Source: Thermoleophilia bacterium (GTDB lineage: Bacteria; Actinomycetota; Thermoleophilia; UBA2241). From it: 64,000 bases of DNA. Under the pieces are notes generated by a model. That model made no database searches, was not told the origin of the DNA, and was given only the letters and a program-made list of their open reading frames with translations. The position numbers were made by a program, and so were the translations under genes. Below, one piece after another: positions 41,459 through 51,363 of this stretch (positions are counted from its first letter, which is position 1; each line of letters begins with the position of its first letter). The stretch is taken from assembly GCA_040772045.1 (NCBI GenBank), contig JAXGYV010000011.1:12484-76483 (forward strand). Reading direction: 5' to 3'.

Positions 41459-41833
41459 CTACATCCGGCTTGAACGCCAGTGCGGATACGTCACATAGAA
41501 GAACCTTCCGTAGGAACTCGTGCTCCAGAAGACGGCGAGACCTTCTTCCTTCGGAATGAACACGGTGTCGCCCCGCCTCACGGTGCACTCCTCGCCGTTC
41601 TCCGTCAGAGTGATCTCGCCCTCGAGCAGGTAACACACGACTGCCTCATCGTCGTAGTGGAAGCAGACGGGAGTCGAAGCCCGGAGCTCGCAGACGCCTG
41701 CACAGAAGGGAGCGTGCTGCGTGCGATCGACGATATCGATCAGATGGAGATCGCTGTCCGGCCACCGGTCTTGCGGTGCAGGCGTGATGGAGTCAGCAGG
41801 AAACAGTCTGAGACGCATGTTACCCTCGCTCAT
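41459..41833 (-). CDS. cupin domain protein
   Basis: YLLEGEITLTENGEECTVRRGDTVFIP cupin core. Confidence 0.5.
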   Translation of the reverse strand: MSEGNMRLRLFPADSITPAPQDRWPDSDLHLIDIVDRTQHAPFCAGVCELRASTPVCFHYDDEAVVCYLLEGEITLTENGEECTVRRGDTVFIPKEEGLAVFWSTSSYGRFFYVTYPHWRSSRM

Positions 41834-42012
41834 ACGGCTGAGATAACGAGCGGAGCGGGCGCGGTAGGCCTGTCACTACCGCACCCACTCCGCTCGCTCA
41901 GCGTGGTTTCGCGGGAACCAACCACCTGAGTGGTGCCTACGTCTTTCTTGCTGTCACCTCCAGTGAGAAGGAGTCACGGACAACAACCCGCGGCGAACAC
42001 CGCACACCACGG

Positions 42013-42852
42013 CTACTTGTCCTCCGCCGTCAAGGCAAGATCTGCACCCGGTGAGGGGGAGCAGTCGTTCGGCGCGCTCGCTTCGTCGCCTGCCCCCACG
42101 CGAGCACCGACCATTCTGGCGGCCAGATTCACATACATTGTGGCGACGGTGGAAACATCGAAGCGCCCCTCCGGGCGATACCATGTGAAGATGTAGTCGC
42201 ACATCGTAATGATGGCCTGAGCCGTTACCGAGCGGTCCTCGATAGTGAAGTCCCCTCTGCTCACACCTGCCTCGAGGATGCTCTTGAGGAGGTCGAAAGG
42301 CCGACGCTGGAGGACCTTGAGACGTGTTCGGTTCTCATCTGGTAACGACTCAAGGAGCTGCTCGTACCCGTGGCGGTACAGCGTGTCCTGCGCAGGCAGG
42401 TCTTTGCCCCGTTCGAGCTCGAACGTGACGTATCCGCAAACGAACTGCGCGAGCTGCTCCGGCGGAGTATCTTCCTCCATGGCAACCTCGATACTCGCGA
42501 AGATCGCTTCCAGGGTAGCCTCCATGAATGCGAAGGCCAACTCTGCCTTTGAGTCGAAGTGCCAGTAGAGAGCGGGCGCCGAAACGCCCACTTCTCTGGC
42601 TATACGACTCATCGTCGTCCCCTCGTATCCGTACTTCAGGAACAGGCCCGAGGCCGCATCGAGAATACGCTGACGAGTAGACTCCTCGCCTCCAATGCTA
42701 TTTCCCCGTCCGGCCACGGACCGTCCCCGTGGAGCCTGCCATGAGCTTTGCGAATCCGTCGTGCGTCTGACCACCATATCTCCCGCCTCTCGGCTCAGGT
42801 ACTCACCGTTCTGAGCCGCCGTCGACCTCGATTTGGCCGTGCAGTCTACCAA
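42013..42852 (-). CDS. TetR-family transcriptional regulator (start uncertain)
   Basis: RQRILDAASGLFLKYGYEGTTMSRIAREVGVSAPALYWHF HTH. Confidence 0.8.
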   Translation of the reverse strand: MVDCTAKSRSTAAQNGEYLSREAGDMVVRRTTDSQSSWQAPRGRSVAGRGNSIGGEESTRQRILDAASGLFLKYGYEGTTMSRIAREVGVSAPALYWHFDSKAELAFAFMEATLEAIFASIEVAMEEDTPPEQLAQFVCGYVTFELERGKDLPAQDTLYRHGYEQLLESLPDENRTRLKVLQRRPFDLLKSILEAGVSRGDFTIEDRSVTAQAIITMCDYIFTWYRPEGRFDVSTVATMYVNLAARMVGARVGAGDEASAPNDCSPSPGADLALTAEDK

Positions 42853-42949
42853 CCGCTGAGTCCCTCGAGTAACCGGACTCCGGCATCGGGTCTCTCGAGC
42901 TCATGGTTCACTTCTTCGGCACATCATCTGTCACTACGTACTTCTTTGC

Positions 42950-44569
42950 TTACCTCTTCGCTGAACCAGCCACAGCGGTCATAACGACATTCCGGTCGAA
43001 AATACCCGGCCCGGATGTGTCCTTTGGCAGACGGTGCTTTTGAATCGCCCCAGTACCCACGCCACGCACGAACGTCTGGGCGGGCACCACTTGAACGAAG
43101 CGCGGCAAGGCGAACCTGGGCACATTCGCTTCACAGTAGGCGAAGAAAACTTCGGGATCAAAATCTGCACCTTCATGCAGTTCCAGCAACACTTTGATCT
43201 CGTCTTCGCCGCCGAACTCGTCGCGCACACCGATCGCCGCGCACTCCTGTACGCCTGGAGCAAGTCGAAGAGCGGACTCGAGCTCCCAGGCGGAGACGTT
43301 TTCCCCGCGCCTGCGCAGGTTGTCCGTCAGTCGGCCGCCGAAGAACACGAAACCATCCTCATCCATGATCCCCGCGTCGCCGGTGTGGTACCACAGCCCG
43401 CGGAATGCCTCTACAGTCGCCTCCGGACGACGCCAATACCCCACCGTCATCATATTCGGGAACTGCGGACGGTGAACGATCTCTCCCGGTGTACCTCGCG
43501 GGACCTCGAAGCCGTCCTCGTCGACGATCTTCACTTCAAAGCCGCCGCACGGCCAGCCGGCGCTCCCGCGACGATGATGAGCCGGTGTCCCGTAGAGGAC
43601 ACCGTTGGACTCGGTCATCCCAAACATCTCGAGCATCTCGATGCCCAGGTCGTCCTCGTAGAACTCGTACATCTCCTGGGGAATCGGCGCGCCGAAAATA
43701 CGCCGCATCCTGAGACGCTCCAGATTGGACGGCCGCCCTGCCGTAGCTAGCACGGCCTGCATGGCGCCGATTAGCAGCGTCCACGTACCGCCGAGAGCCT
43801 CGACCTCCGGCCAGAACCGACGCACACTAAACCGAGGAGTGAAAGCGAAGACGGCACCCGACTGAAGCGTAGCTGGCACCGCCAGGTGAGCATCCACGTG
43901 GAAGAACGGCGATACCCAGTAAGCAGTATCAGCTTCGGTTAACTCAATGATACGAGAGAATATGTGGCCAAGATTCGAGTAGTAGCCATGGGGGATCATC
44001 ACGCCTTTGGATGGTCCCGTCGTACCAGACGTATACATGATGGTCGCGAGGTCGTGGGGGCGAAGATCACACGGGGTGAACGCCTCTCCAGGGCGAGATA
44101 CGGCGTACTTGCCGGCCTCGTCCTCAAGATCGATGAGAGGAACCGCGGGCCCGCCACAAGCCTCCAGCGTAGGTAGGAACTCAGCCTGCGCCAGGACGAG
44201 ATTGGGTTCGCTATCTTGCACGATGTGCGCGAGAAACGGTCCCTTGAGCTCCGCATTGATGCAGACCTCAACGCCGCCCACAAGGTAAATGCCATACTGC
44301 CACGCCAGGAACCACTGCGAGTTGCGACTCATGATCGCCACGCGGTCTCCAGGCTCTATGCCGTATCCCTTCAGCGCGGTAGCGCACCAACGAGCCCGAT
44401 CGGCGAAGTCCGCCACCGTCCACTCTCCGCCAGCCCAGCGGAGAAAGGGTGCCCCCGGGCGAACGGCCTCTGCTTCCAACAAGTCAGCGACCGGCCCTCG
44501 CCGCTCGGGCACGGCACCGTGTACGAGCTCGCCGATCATCGCGCAACCCTCCCCGGCGCCCCGCAGCAC
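42950..44569 (-). CDS. AMP-dependent acyl-CoA synthetase/ligase
   Basis: IMYTSGTTGPSKGV, YGLTE-like, GEIVHRPQFP..GYW, TGD motifs. Confidence 0.8.
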   Translation of the reverse strand: MLRGAGEGCAMIGELVHGAVPERRGPVADLLEAEAVRPGAPFLRWAGGEWTVADFADRARWCATALKGYGIEPGDRVAIMSRNSQWFLAWQYGIYLVGGVEVCINAELKGPFLAHIVQDSEPNLVLAQAEFLPTLEACGGPAVPLIDLEDEAGKYAVSRPGEAFTPCDLRPHDLATIMYTSGTTGPSKGVMIPHGYYSNLGHIFSRIIELTEADTAYWVSPFFHVDAHLAVPATLQSGAVFAFTPRFSVRRFWPEVEALGGTWTLLIGAMQAVLATAGRPSNLERLRMRRIFGAPIPQEMYEFYEDDLGIEMLEMFGMTESNGVLYGTPAHHRRGSAGWPCGGFEVKIVDEDGFEVPRGTPGEIVHRPQFPNMMTVGYWRRPEATVEAFRGLWYHTGDAGIMDEDGFVFFGGRLTDNLRRRGENVSAWELESALRLAPGVQECAAIGVRDEFGGEDEIKVLLELHEGADFDPEVFFAYCEANVPRFALPRFVQVVPAQTFVRGVGTGAIQKHRLPKDTSGPGIFDRNVVMTAVAGSAKR

Positions 44570-44687
44570 GACTTGAGCCGCGCTGCGACGAACAGTTCCT
44601 CCATCCCTCGGACTCTCTCATACCATCCGTACACTAAGTCTCCCAAGTATTCACAAGGGCCACAGTGGGCCATTTGATAATGTCGTT

Positions 44688-45569
44688 TCATAGTTTCACC
44701 AACTCGCGGCGGCCCGTGATTCCATACGGCCGGAAGAGCAGGAAAAGAATCAGACAAGCGGTGACGATCGCGTCCATGAGTGTCGTGGATATGTACCCGG
44801 CTACGAAGGCCTCCAACAAGCCGAGAGCCAGGCCACCGAACACAGCCCCGCGAATAGAGCCAATGCCTCCAATAATCGCCGCGATGAACGCTTTCATCGT
44901 GATGGAGAACCCAAGGCCGATAGTGACCGAACGGTAGTTGACCGCATACAGAATGAGGCCGATGAAGCCGATGGCACCGCTCAGACCGTACACCAACGCG
45001 ACGATCTTGTTGACGGAGATTCCCATGAGGTCGCACGCGTATCGATCTTGAGCCACGGCCAGAATGGCCTGACCCTGGCGAGTACGTGACAGATACAGTG
45101 TGAAGGTCACCACGATCACCAGCGCGATCGCCAGATTCGTCATGGGCAGGATGCCGATGTGGACCCCGCCGATCGTCCACGCGCCGGACGGCAGCAGGCC
45201 CTCGGGGAACAACCGCGGCTGTACACCCCAGATGACCTGAACGATGCTGCGCAACACGAACCCACCCGCCATAGCGGCGATGAACGCGAGGAAGACCAGC
45301 CCGCGACTCATGATCGGCCGGTACAACCCGCGTTCGATACCGATGGCCACCACGGCCGCGAGCAGCATGCCCAGGAGAACCACCAGCCAGAACGGCAAAC
45401 CGCTAGCCATGAGGCTCGAGGCCACGAAGATGGAGAAGATCAAGCTGTCGCCGTGAGCGAAGTGCATGAGGCCGAGTACCTGATAGACGAGTCCGTAGCC
45501 AACGCACCATAAGGCGTATTGAGCCCCCACACCGAGCCCGTTGATGAGTTGTTGTATGAAGAAGCTCAC
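44688..45569 (-). CDS. branched-chain-amino-acid-type ABC transporter permease (LivH-like)
   Basis: Multi-TM; GLMHFAHGD N-terminal motif. Confidence 0.8.
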   Translation of the reverse strand: MSFFIQQLINGLGVGAQYALWCVGYGLVYQVLGLMHFAHGDSLIFSIFVASSLMASGLPFWLVVLLGMLLAAVVAIGIERGLYRPIMSRGLVFLAFIAAMAGGFVLRSIVQVIWGVQPRLFPEGLLPSGAWTIGGVHIGILPMTNLAIALVIVVTFTLYLSRTRQGQAILAVAQDRYACDLMGISVNKIVALVYGLSGAIGFIGLILYAVNYRSVTIGLGFSITMKAFIAAIIGGIGSIRGAVFGGLALGLLEAFVAGYISTTLMDAIVTACLILFLLFRPYGITGRRELVKL

Positions 45570-46300
45570 TGGCCCGTCCCATTTCCGTTGGTCGCCTCGA
45601 AGTAGTGCGAGGCGACTTCATCCGCATCCGTATCCTCGGCCCTAGCCTCGAACACGATCCTCCCGCCAGCGAGCACCAGCACGCGACTCGCCAGCGTCAG
45701 CGCCTGCACGACGTTCTGCTCCACCAGCAGAACGGAGAGCGGGCGCTCGGACATGGTGTGCTGCAGTACCTCGTACACCTGGCTTATCAAGACCGGCGCG
45801 AGTCCCAGCGAAGGCTCGTCCAGCAGAAGGAGCCGCGGCCGACTCATGAGAGACCGGCCGATAGCGAGGATCTGCTGTTCGCCACCACTGAGCGTGCCAG
45901 CATTCGACGAACGGCGCCGATCGAGAATCGGCCATGCGGCGAGGAATTCGTCCACCTCGGCCTTTACAGCACTGCGATCCTTCCGCGTATAGGCGCCGAC
46001 ACGAAGGTTCGCCTCAGTGGACATGTAGGGGAACACTCGCCTCCCCTGCGGGCAGTGCGCCACACCAGAGGTGACCACCTTGGCGGGAGACATCCTGCCA
46101 AGGTCTTGCCCCTCCCACGCCAGACGCCCTCGAGAAGGACGGAGCACACCCGATATCACGTCGAGGGTGGTTGACTTGCCCGCCCCGTTCGGCCCTACGA
46201 GAGCGACAACCTCTCCGGGAGCGACGGTGAACGAAACGTCGTGAAGCACCTGGCCAACACCGTAGCCAGCATGCACACCCTTAAGCTCGAGCACCCTCAC
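45566..46300 (-). CDS. ABC transporter ATP-binding protein (LivF-like)
   Basis: GPNGAGKST Walker A, LSGGEQQ signature, LLLLDEPS Walker B. Confidence 0.85.
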   Translation of the reverse strand: MRVLELKGVHAGYGVGQVLHDVSFTVAPGEVVALVGPNGAGKSTTLDVISGVLRPSRGRLAWEGQDLGRMSPAKVVTSGVAHCPQGRRVFPYMSTEANLRVGAYTRKDRSAVKAEVDEFLAAWPILDRRRSSNAGTLSGGEQQILAIGRSLMSRPRLLLLDEPSLGLAPVLISQVYEVLQHTMSERPLSVLLVEQNVVQALTLASRVLVLAGGRIVFEARAEDTDADEVASHYFEATNGNGTGQ

Positions 46301-47082
46301 TCACCTCCGACGTAAATCCGACGTACGTCGGCGTTATTGGAGATATTCACGGGAGTGTCGTCGGCGATCAGTCGGCCGCCGTCGAGCACCAGCACGCGAT
46401 CCGAAACGTCGAGGACCAACTGAAGCCGATGCTCGATGAGGACCAGCGTCATGTCCTCGCTCCCTCGCGCGAGCCCGCACATGAGTTCCATGAGTTCCTG
46501 GGCTTCCTGCGGAGCCAGGCCAGCCGTCGGTTCGTCGAGGAAGAGGACGCGCGGGCGAAGCGCCATGGCACGGGCGAGCTCAAGCCGTTTCTGCTCGCCA
46601 TAAGACATGGACCCGACGACCACATTGGCGCGATGCGCCATGTCCACGCTCGCCAAGGCCTCCATGGCCAGCTCGCGACCCTCCGCCGCCCGACGCCGCG
46701 CCGAAGGCATACCGACGGCCGCCTCCGCCATGCGGAGCACGCCGGTGCCATCTCCGGCGAAGTACAGATTCAGCCCGGCCATCGCGTTGTCGAGCGTCGT
46801 CATTTCCAGTGCCAGGCGCAGGTTCTGGAACGTACGCGCAATACCCATGCGCCGTACGATCTCCGGCGACTTGCCCGTCAGCTCGATGTTGTCGAGCTTA
46901 ACCGAGCCCGTGGTCGGCTGGTAGAAGCCGGTGATGATGTTGACCATCGTCGACTTGCCCGATCCGTTCGGCCCGATCACTCCGAGTACGTGCCCCGGAC
47001 CGACCGCGAAACTCACGTTCGACAGCGCGACAACGCCGCCGAAGACGATTCCCAAGCCGTCACACGTCAGCATCCGGAGCAT
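46297..47082 (-). CDS. ABC transporter ATP-binding protein (LivG-like; start approximate)
   Basis: GPNGSGKST, MSYGEQKRLELARA, LFLDEPTAGL. Confidence 0.8.
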   Translation of the reverse strand: MLRMLTCDGLGIVFGGVVALSNVSFAVGPGHVLGVIGPNGSGKSTMVNIITGFYQPTTGSVKLDNIELTGKSPEIVRRMGIARTFQNLRLALEMTTLDNAMAGLNLYFAGDGTGVLRMAEAAVGMPSARRRAAEGRELAMEALASVDMAHRANVVVGSMSYGEQKRLELARAMALRPRVLFLDEPTAGLAPQEAQELMELMCGLARGSEDMTLVLIEHRLQLVLDVSDRVLVLDGGRLIADDTPVNISNNADVRRIYVGGE

Positions 47083-48112
47083 CCTTTCTCCGCAGCCGCC
47101 GACCGGCGAGACGCTGTCGCAGTCTCCAAGAGGCATCCCGGAGAACTCCCGCGCGCCAGAACACCGCAAAGATGACCACTATCCCGAGGACGCCGACACG
47201 GTAGTCCCCGAGGCCGCGGAACTGCTCTTGCAGATAAGTGAGGACCAGCGCCACGATGACCACCGCGGGTAAGCTCCCCACACCGCCGATGATCACGTAC
47301 AAGCTGATCATGAAGGATGGGTTGAACCCAAAGTCCTCGGGACGGATGAACTGGATGCTGCCGACCATGAAAGCGCCGGCAAGCCCCGCGACAGCCGAGC
47401 CGATCGTGAGAGAGATGGCCTTGGTAGTGAACGTGGAGATCCCCATGCTTCTAGCCGCCACGTCGTTGTACCGCACCGTCAGCATCGACCGGCCGTAGAA
47501 CGTCCTCACGACACGCGCCATGAGCACATAGACGAACGCGAACATGAGCAGACACAGGTAGTACGTAGCCAATGAATCGTCGAACGAGAGGCCGAAGAGG
47601 CGCATCTCCGGCAGCCCGAAGAAGCCCTCTCGGCCTCTCGTTACGGATGGTAAGTTGGCGCAGAGCTGCGCGAACGCGATCGTCAGGGCGATGGACACGA
47701 GGGCGAAGTAGTCACCCTTCACCCGCCCCGTGCTCAGGGAGAACAGCCAACCGGCTACGCCGGTCACGGCGACCGCGATCAGCGTGGCCAGCCAGAATTG
47801 AAGCCCGTAGTCCGTTACCAGGAGTGCCGTCGTGTACGCCCCCAGGCCGTAGAAGGTCCCCTGCGAGAAGTTGAGCACGCCCGTGTACCCCAGCGAGAGC
47901 GCCAACCCCGCCACGAGGGCACCGTTGAGGAAGGCGATCGTCAGCACCTGCAGTTGCAGGCGAGAGTCGTTCACGAACGGGACCAGGAACATGAGGCCAA
48001 TGACCACAGGGACGAACCACCGCAGCACCAGGGGCCAGATCGCCGCCAAACGCTCGCGCGACCATCTGTCCTTGGGGCTCTCATCCAAGACGATTGCAGC
48101 GCGGGTGCTCAT
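47060..48112 (-). CDS. ABC transporter permease (LivM-like)
   Basis: Multi-TM; 4-nt overlap with the substrate-binding-protein gene. Confidence 0.8.
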   Translation of the reverse strand: MSTRAAIVLDESPKDRWSRERLAAIWPLVLRWFVPVVIGLMFLVPFVNDSRLQLQVLTIAFLNGALVAGLALSLGYTGVLNFSQGTFYGLGAYTTALLVTDYGLQFWLATLIAVAVTGVAGWLFSLSTGRVKGDYFALVSIALTIAFAQLCANLPSVTRGREGFFGLPEMRLFGLSFDDSLATYYLCLLMFAFVYVLMARVVRTFYGRSMLTVRYNDVAARSMGISTFTTKAISLTIGSAVAGLAGAFMVGSIQFIRPEDFGFNPSFMISLYVIIGGVGSLPAVVIVALVLTYLQEQFRGLGDYRVGVLGIVVIFAVFWRAGVLRDASWRLRQRLAGRRLRRKDAPDADV

Positions 48113-49365
48113 TCCCCGACACGCTCCACCGTCTCGGTCTCACCGTACATGACGTACCGAGCGGCGAGCTCCCGGTCATCCGCGCCGTTCCCTGTGACCT
48201 TGGACATAGTGCCCCAGCGCTCCTTCGGCTTCAGGTCGGCCGTGAACGCGATAGGGCCAAGGAGCCCCTCGCCCGTCACCTTCGTGGCGTAGGAGAGAAG
48301 GTCTTCCCTGCCCTTTGACCCCATCTCGGCGATGGCCGCGATCGTCAGAACGCCGTCGAAGAAATGGAGCGCGGGAGCATTGATGGATTTCCCGTACTTC
48401 TCCAAATAGCGCTTGCTCATCTCGGCTCCGAGCGATCCAGGCTCGGGAAAACGATCGGCGGGAGTCATCTCGTAGAACTCGCCGATCTGCAGCGACGACC
48501 CGGCGGTCTTGCCGAACGTCTCACCCCATCCGTCGCCGATGAAGTCGACCATGGGCATGTTCATGTCCATCTTGCGCATCTGGGCGGCGATGCGGCCGGC
48601 ATCCGCCTGGAAGGCGCCGCACATCACGATGTCAGGGTTCTTCGCCGCGATGTTGGTCAGCAGCGCCGAGAAGTCCGACGTGCCCGCGGGGTACGTCTGC
48701 TTGGAGGCGTAGTTCACACTCTTCTCCGTGAACACACCAGTAAGGCCTTTGTAGTACGAGTCAAGGAACGAGAAATCGCCGGCGATGGTACCTACCGTCT
48801 TCACCCCGAACTCGTCCACCGCGAAATTGGCGGCGACCCGCGCGAAGTTGCCGATGCTCGGCGAGATCACGACGATGTTGTCAGCCTCGCTCGTCAGGAA
48901 GTCGGCCGAGGCGAAGCCGGCGATGAGAGAGAGGTCGGCACGCTCTAACACGGTGGCCGCCGCCTGCGCCTGCCCGCTCGTGATGAAGCCCAAGAAGGCG
49001 TAGTAGCTGTCATCATCGAGATAGCGGGACGCGATCGTGGTTGCCGCGCTCGTCGACATCTCGTCGTCAACTCGCTCAATCACAACCTTCGCGCCCTTGT
49101 TGGGGCCGGACTTGATACCCCCTTGCTCGTTGATGTACGCGGCTGCGAGTTCGGCCCCTTGCGCCATATCCTTGCCTGTCTCCGCATAGTCGCCAGACAG
49201 CGGAGCCGCAACCAAGATCTTGATCTCCTTTACCCCTGAACTGCCGCCGTTGGTCGTGCCGCCGGAGTTCTCGTCTCCGCCACCACAGCCCATGAGTCCA
49301 ACCACGCCGCACAGCATGAGCGCAAGGCCAGACCAGCGAAGCCCCCGCTTCCACAGCTTGTTCAC
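48109..49365 (-). CDS. ABC substrate-binding lipoprotein (Leu/Ile/Val-binding family fold)
   Basis: GTG 49365 after GGGGGGAATT. Lipobox LMGCGGG; periplasmic-binding-protein type I fold. Confidence 0.75.
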   Translation of the reverse strand: MNKLWKRGLRWSGLALMLCGVVGLMGCGGGDENSGGTTNGGSSGVKEIKILVAAPLSGDYAETGKDMAQGAELAAAYINEQGGIKSGPNKGAKVVIERVDDEMSTSAATTIASRYLDDDSYYAFLGFITSGQAQAAATVLERADLSLIAGFASADFLTSEADNIVVISPSIGNFARVAANFAVDEFGVKTVGTIAGDFSFLDSYYKGLTGVFTEKSVNYASKQTYPAGTSDFSALLTNIAAKNPDIVMCGAFQADAGRIAAQMRKMDMNMPMVDFIGDGWGETFGKTAGSSLQIGEFYEMTPADRFPEPGSLGAEMSKRYLEKYGKSINAPALHFFDGVLTIAAIAEMGSKGREDLLSYATKVTGEGLLGPIAFTADLKPKERWGTMSKVTGNGADDRELAARYVMYGETETVERVGE

Positions 49366-49620
49366 AATTCCCCCCCAAAGGTAGAAAGTGTGCTTTACGA
49401 ATAACTTACGTATGCAACTCCACCGGACGCCCGGACCCCATTCCCGGGTTGTCTCGTGGTTCTCCTCCAGCCTCACTATTGCTTCAATCCGAATGCCTCG
49501 TCATCGATTCACGGCCAGTCCGAGTTACCGAGTCGTACTCCCCTAGCCACGGACGCGCACACGGCACTCGCCCTTGAGCATCACGCGTTCACTCTGCGTC
49601 CGCGGGACATCCCAGCCGGA

Positions 49621-50805
49621 TCACAGCACGCTCGCAACGACTGGATCCTTCTCCCAGTAGTTGGTCATGAGCTCACGCGCATGGGTTACGACTGCATCGT
49701 ACTCGCCTGGACCGCCGATGAACGCCGAATGGTCTGTCTGGCGGAAGCGCCAGATCGTGTGCTCGTCGCCGTCCATGCGCGACTTGACGACCGATACTTC
49801 GACGCCCGGACCCACCGCGCGCGAAGCCGCAGTCCACGCCCTCGCGAACGCCTCCTCCAGCCGCCTCGGCGGGTATTCCCAGCCCACGTACTGCGGGGTA
49901 TAGAGACGTGTCTTGGTATTCTCAACGAAGACGTCGCCGTTCTCGGTGTGCACATCGAACTTGTCGCCAATGAGACCCCAAATCTTGCAGAAGAGGTCCG
50001 CATAGCGCGTTACCGGCGTGTCGCCGGTCCATCCGAGGTCCACTGTGAAGGGGCGAACCCACTGCACGACGTTGGCGAAGTGGGAACGCTCCGCAATCGC
50101 GATAGACTCATCCTCGCCAAGCATGAGGGCGGTCTGTGCGAACCCTCCGAGCACGTACTCGCCATTGTACTTCTCGAGCGCGGCCTCACGCCGGGCGAGA
50201 GGCCACTCGTCGCTGAGATCCGGAGGCGGTCCTGGCTCGATGGTAGCGGTCCCCGGCTCAAACCTCAGCCGCTCCCAGGGTTCCAGCGCGTGATCGTCTT
50301 CGGCGAAATACCCCATATGGTACGGACCGCCGGCTTGAACATGGTCGGTCAGGCAAAAGTAGAGCCTGTCGTTGTTGAGGAACTTACCGTTGCGCGCATG
50401 CCACGTGTAGATGGCGATCATCATCTCCATCGGCACTGTCCACGTGGCCGGGCTGGGCAGGAAGGGCGAACCAATCGAACAGTCTGGCGTCATGTAAGAG
50501 ACGTACGCCTTCCCGCTGTTGCGATAGTCGTCGTAGAACCCCATGTCGATCCCACCCAGCCAGTTGGAGAGGCAGTGATACTTGGCGCAGAGCACGGGAT
50601 GAGGCTCGTTCATTATGCCGAGCTTCGTAGCGCCGTCGATGAAGTGCGTCTCCTGGTGCTTTTTCAAGAAGTAGCACTCGAGATTGCGCGCCGCCTCCCA
50701 GCCATGGCGGCGGATAATTACGAAGCGCGTCGAATTGTCATGGGCGAAGAAGAAGTTGAGAGCGCGCTTGGTGCGCTCTGAGTAGTCCTGCGTCGATAGG
50801 TACAC
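49621..50805 (-). CDS. hypothetical protein, Trp/Tyr/His-rich, lower GC than its surroundings
   Basis: 394 aa, first gene of the minus-strand cluster; no motif recognised. Confidence 0.4.
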   Translation of the reverse strand: MYLSTQDYSERTKRALNFFFAHDNSTRFVIIRRHGWEAARNLECYFLKKHQETHFIDGATKLGIMNEPHPVLCAKYHCLSNWLGGIDMGFYDDYRNSGKAYVSYMTPDCSIGSPFLPSPATWTVPMEMMIAIYTWHARNGKFLNNDRLYFCLTDHVQAGGPYHMGYFAEDDHALEPWERLRFEPGTATIEPGPPPDLSDEWPLARREAALEKYNGEYVLGGFAQTALMLGEDESIAIAERSHFANVVQWVRPFTVDLGWTGDTPVTRYADLFCKIWGLIGDKFDVHTENGDVFVENTKTRLYTPQYVGWEYPPRRLEEAFARAWTAASRAVGPGVEVSVVKSRMDGDEHTIWRFRQTDHSAFIGGPGEYDAVVTHARELMTNYWEKDPVVASVL

Positions 50806-51363
50806 CTATCACCATCTCCTTTCACTAGCTCGACAAGGCGCCGACCGATGACGAACCTCATGTCCAGTCAGCTGTGTACAGCCCCTCGATACTCCGAAAT
50901 CGATCTGCCTTCACTCGGGATTCGAGCGTCCGCAGCGGTTTGCTCTCCCACGCAGCACATTCGCTACACCGTTGCGGGAGAGCTGGTCTTCCGTCGTCGC
51001 TGGCGCCCCCCTCTCGCCGAGATGACCTGACTGAATGTTCGTGAAATCCTTAATGAACGTAAATGAAGTATCGTACAGCCGCTCAGGCCCTGTCAAGATC
51101 GGATCACCCAAATTTCCGGTGAAGCTACATCGACGGGTGCAGGAGGCAGAGAGCAAGCTCCTCGCGGTCAGACCTCAGGCAGAGGCGACGCCTGCTCCAG
51201 GAACAGCGCAGAGTCCAAGACAAGCTGCGCCCACCACCTCTGAGGCTCGCACCTCGGTACCGCCCGGACTTCGGGAGAGGCGCCCACGAAGTTGGCATAC
51301 CCAACGCTCAGCGATTGGCAGAGTTGGTCAAGAATCGCTCGTTCGCATCCGATACTCTCGGCA

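Noticed and set aside
46297-47169. LivG start at the first ATG of the ORF (47169)
   Set aside because: N-terminal 29 codons (MRCSGAREFSGMPLGDCDS...) overlap LivM by >100 nt and look non-coding. A later Met (MLRMLTCDG) just before the Walker A region is more plausible.
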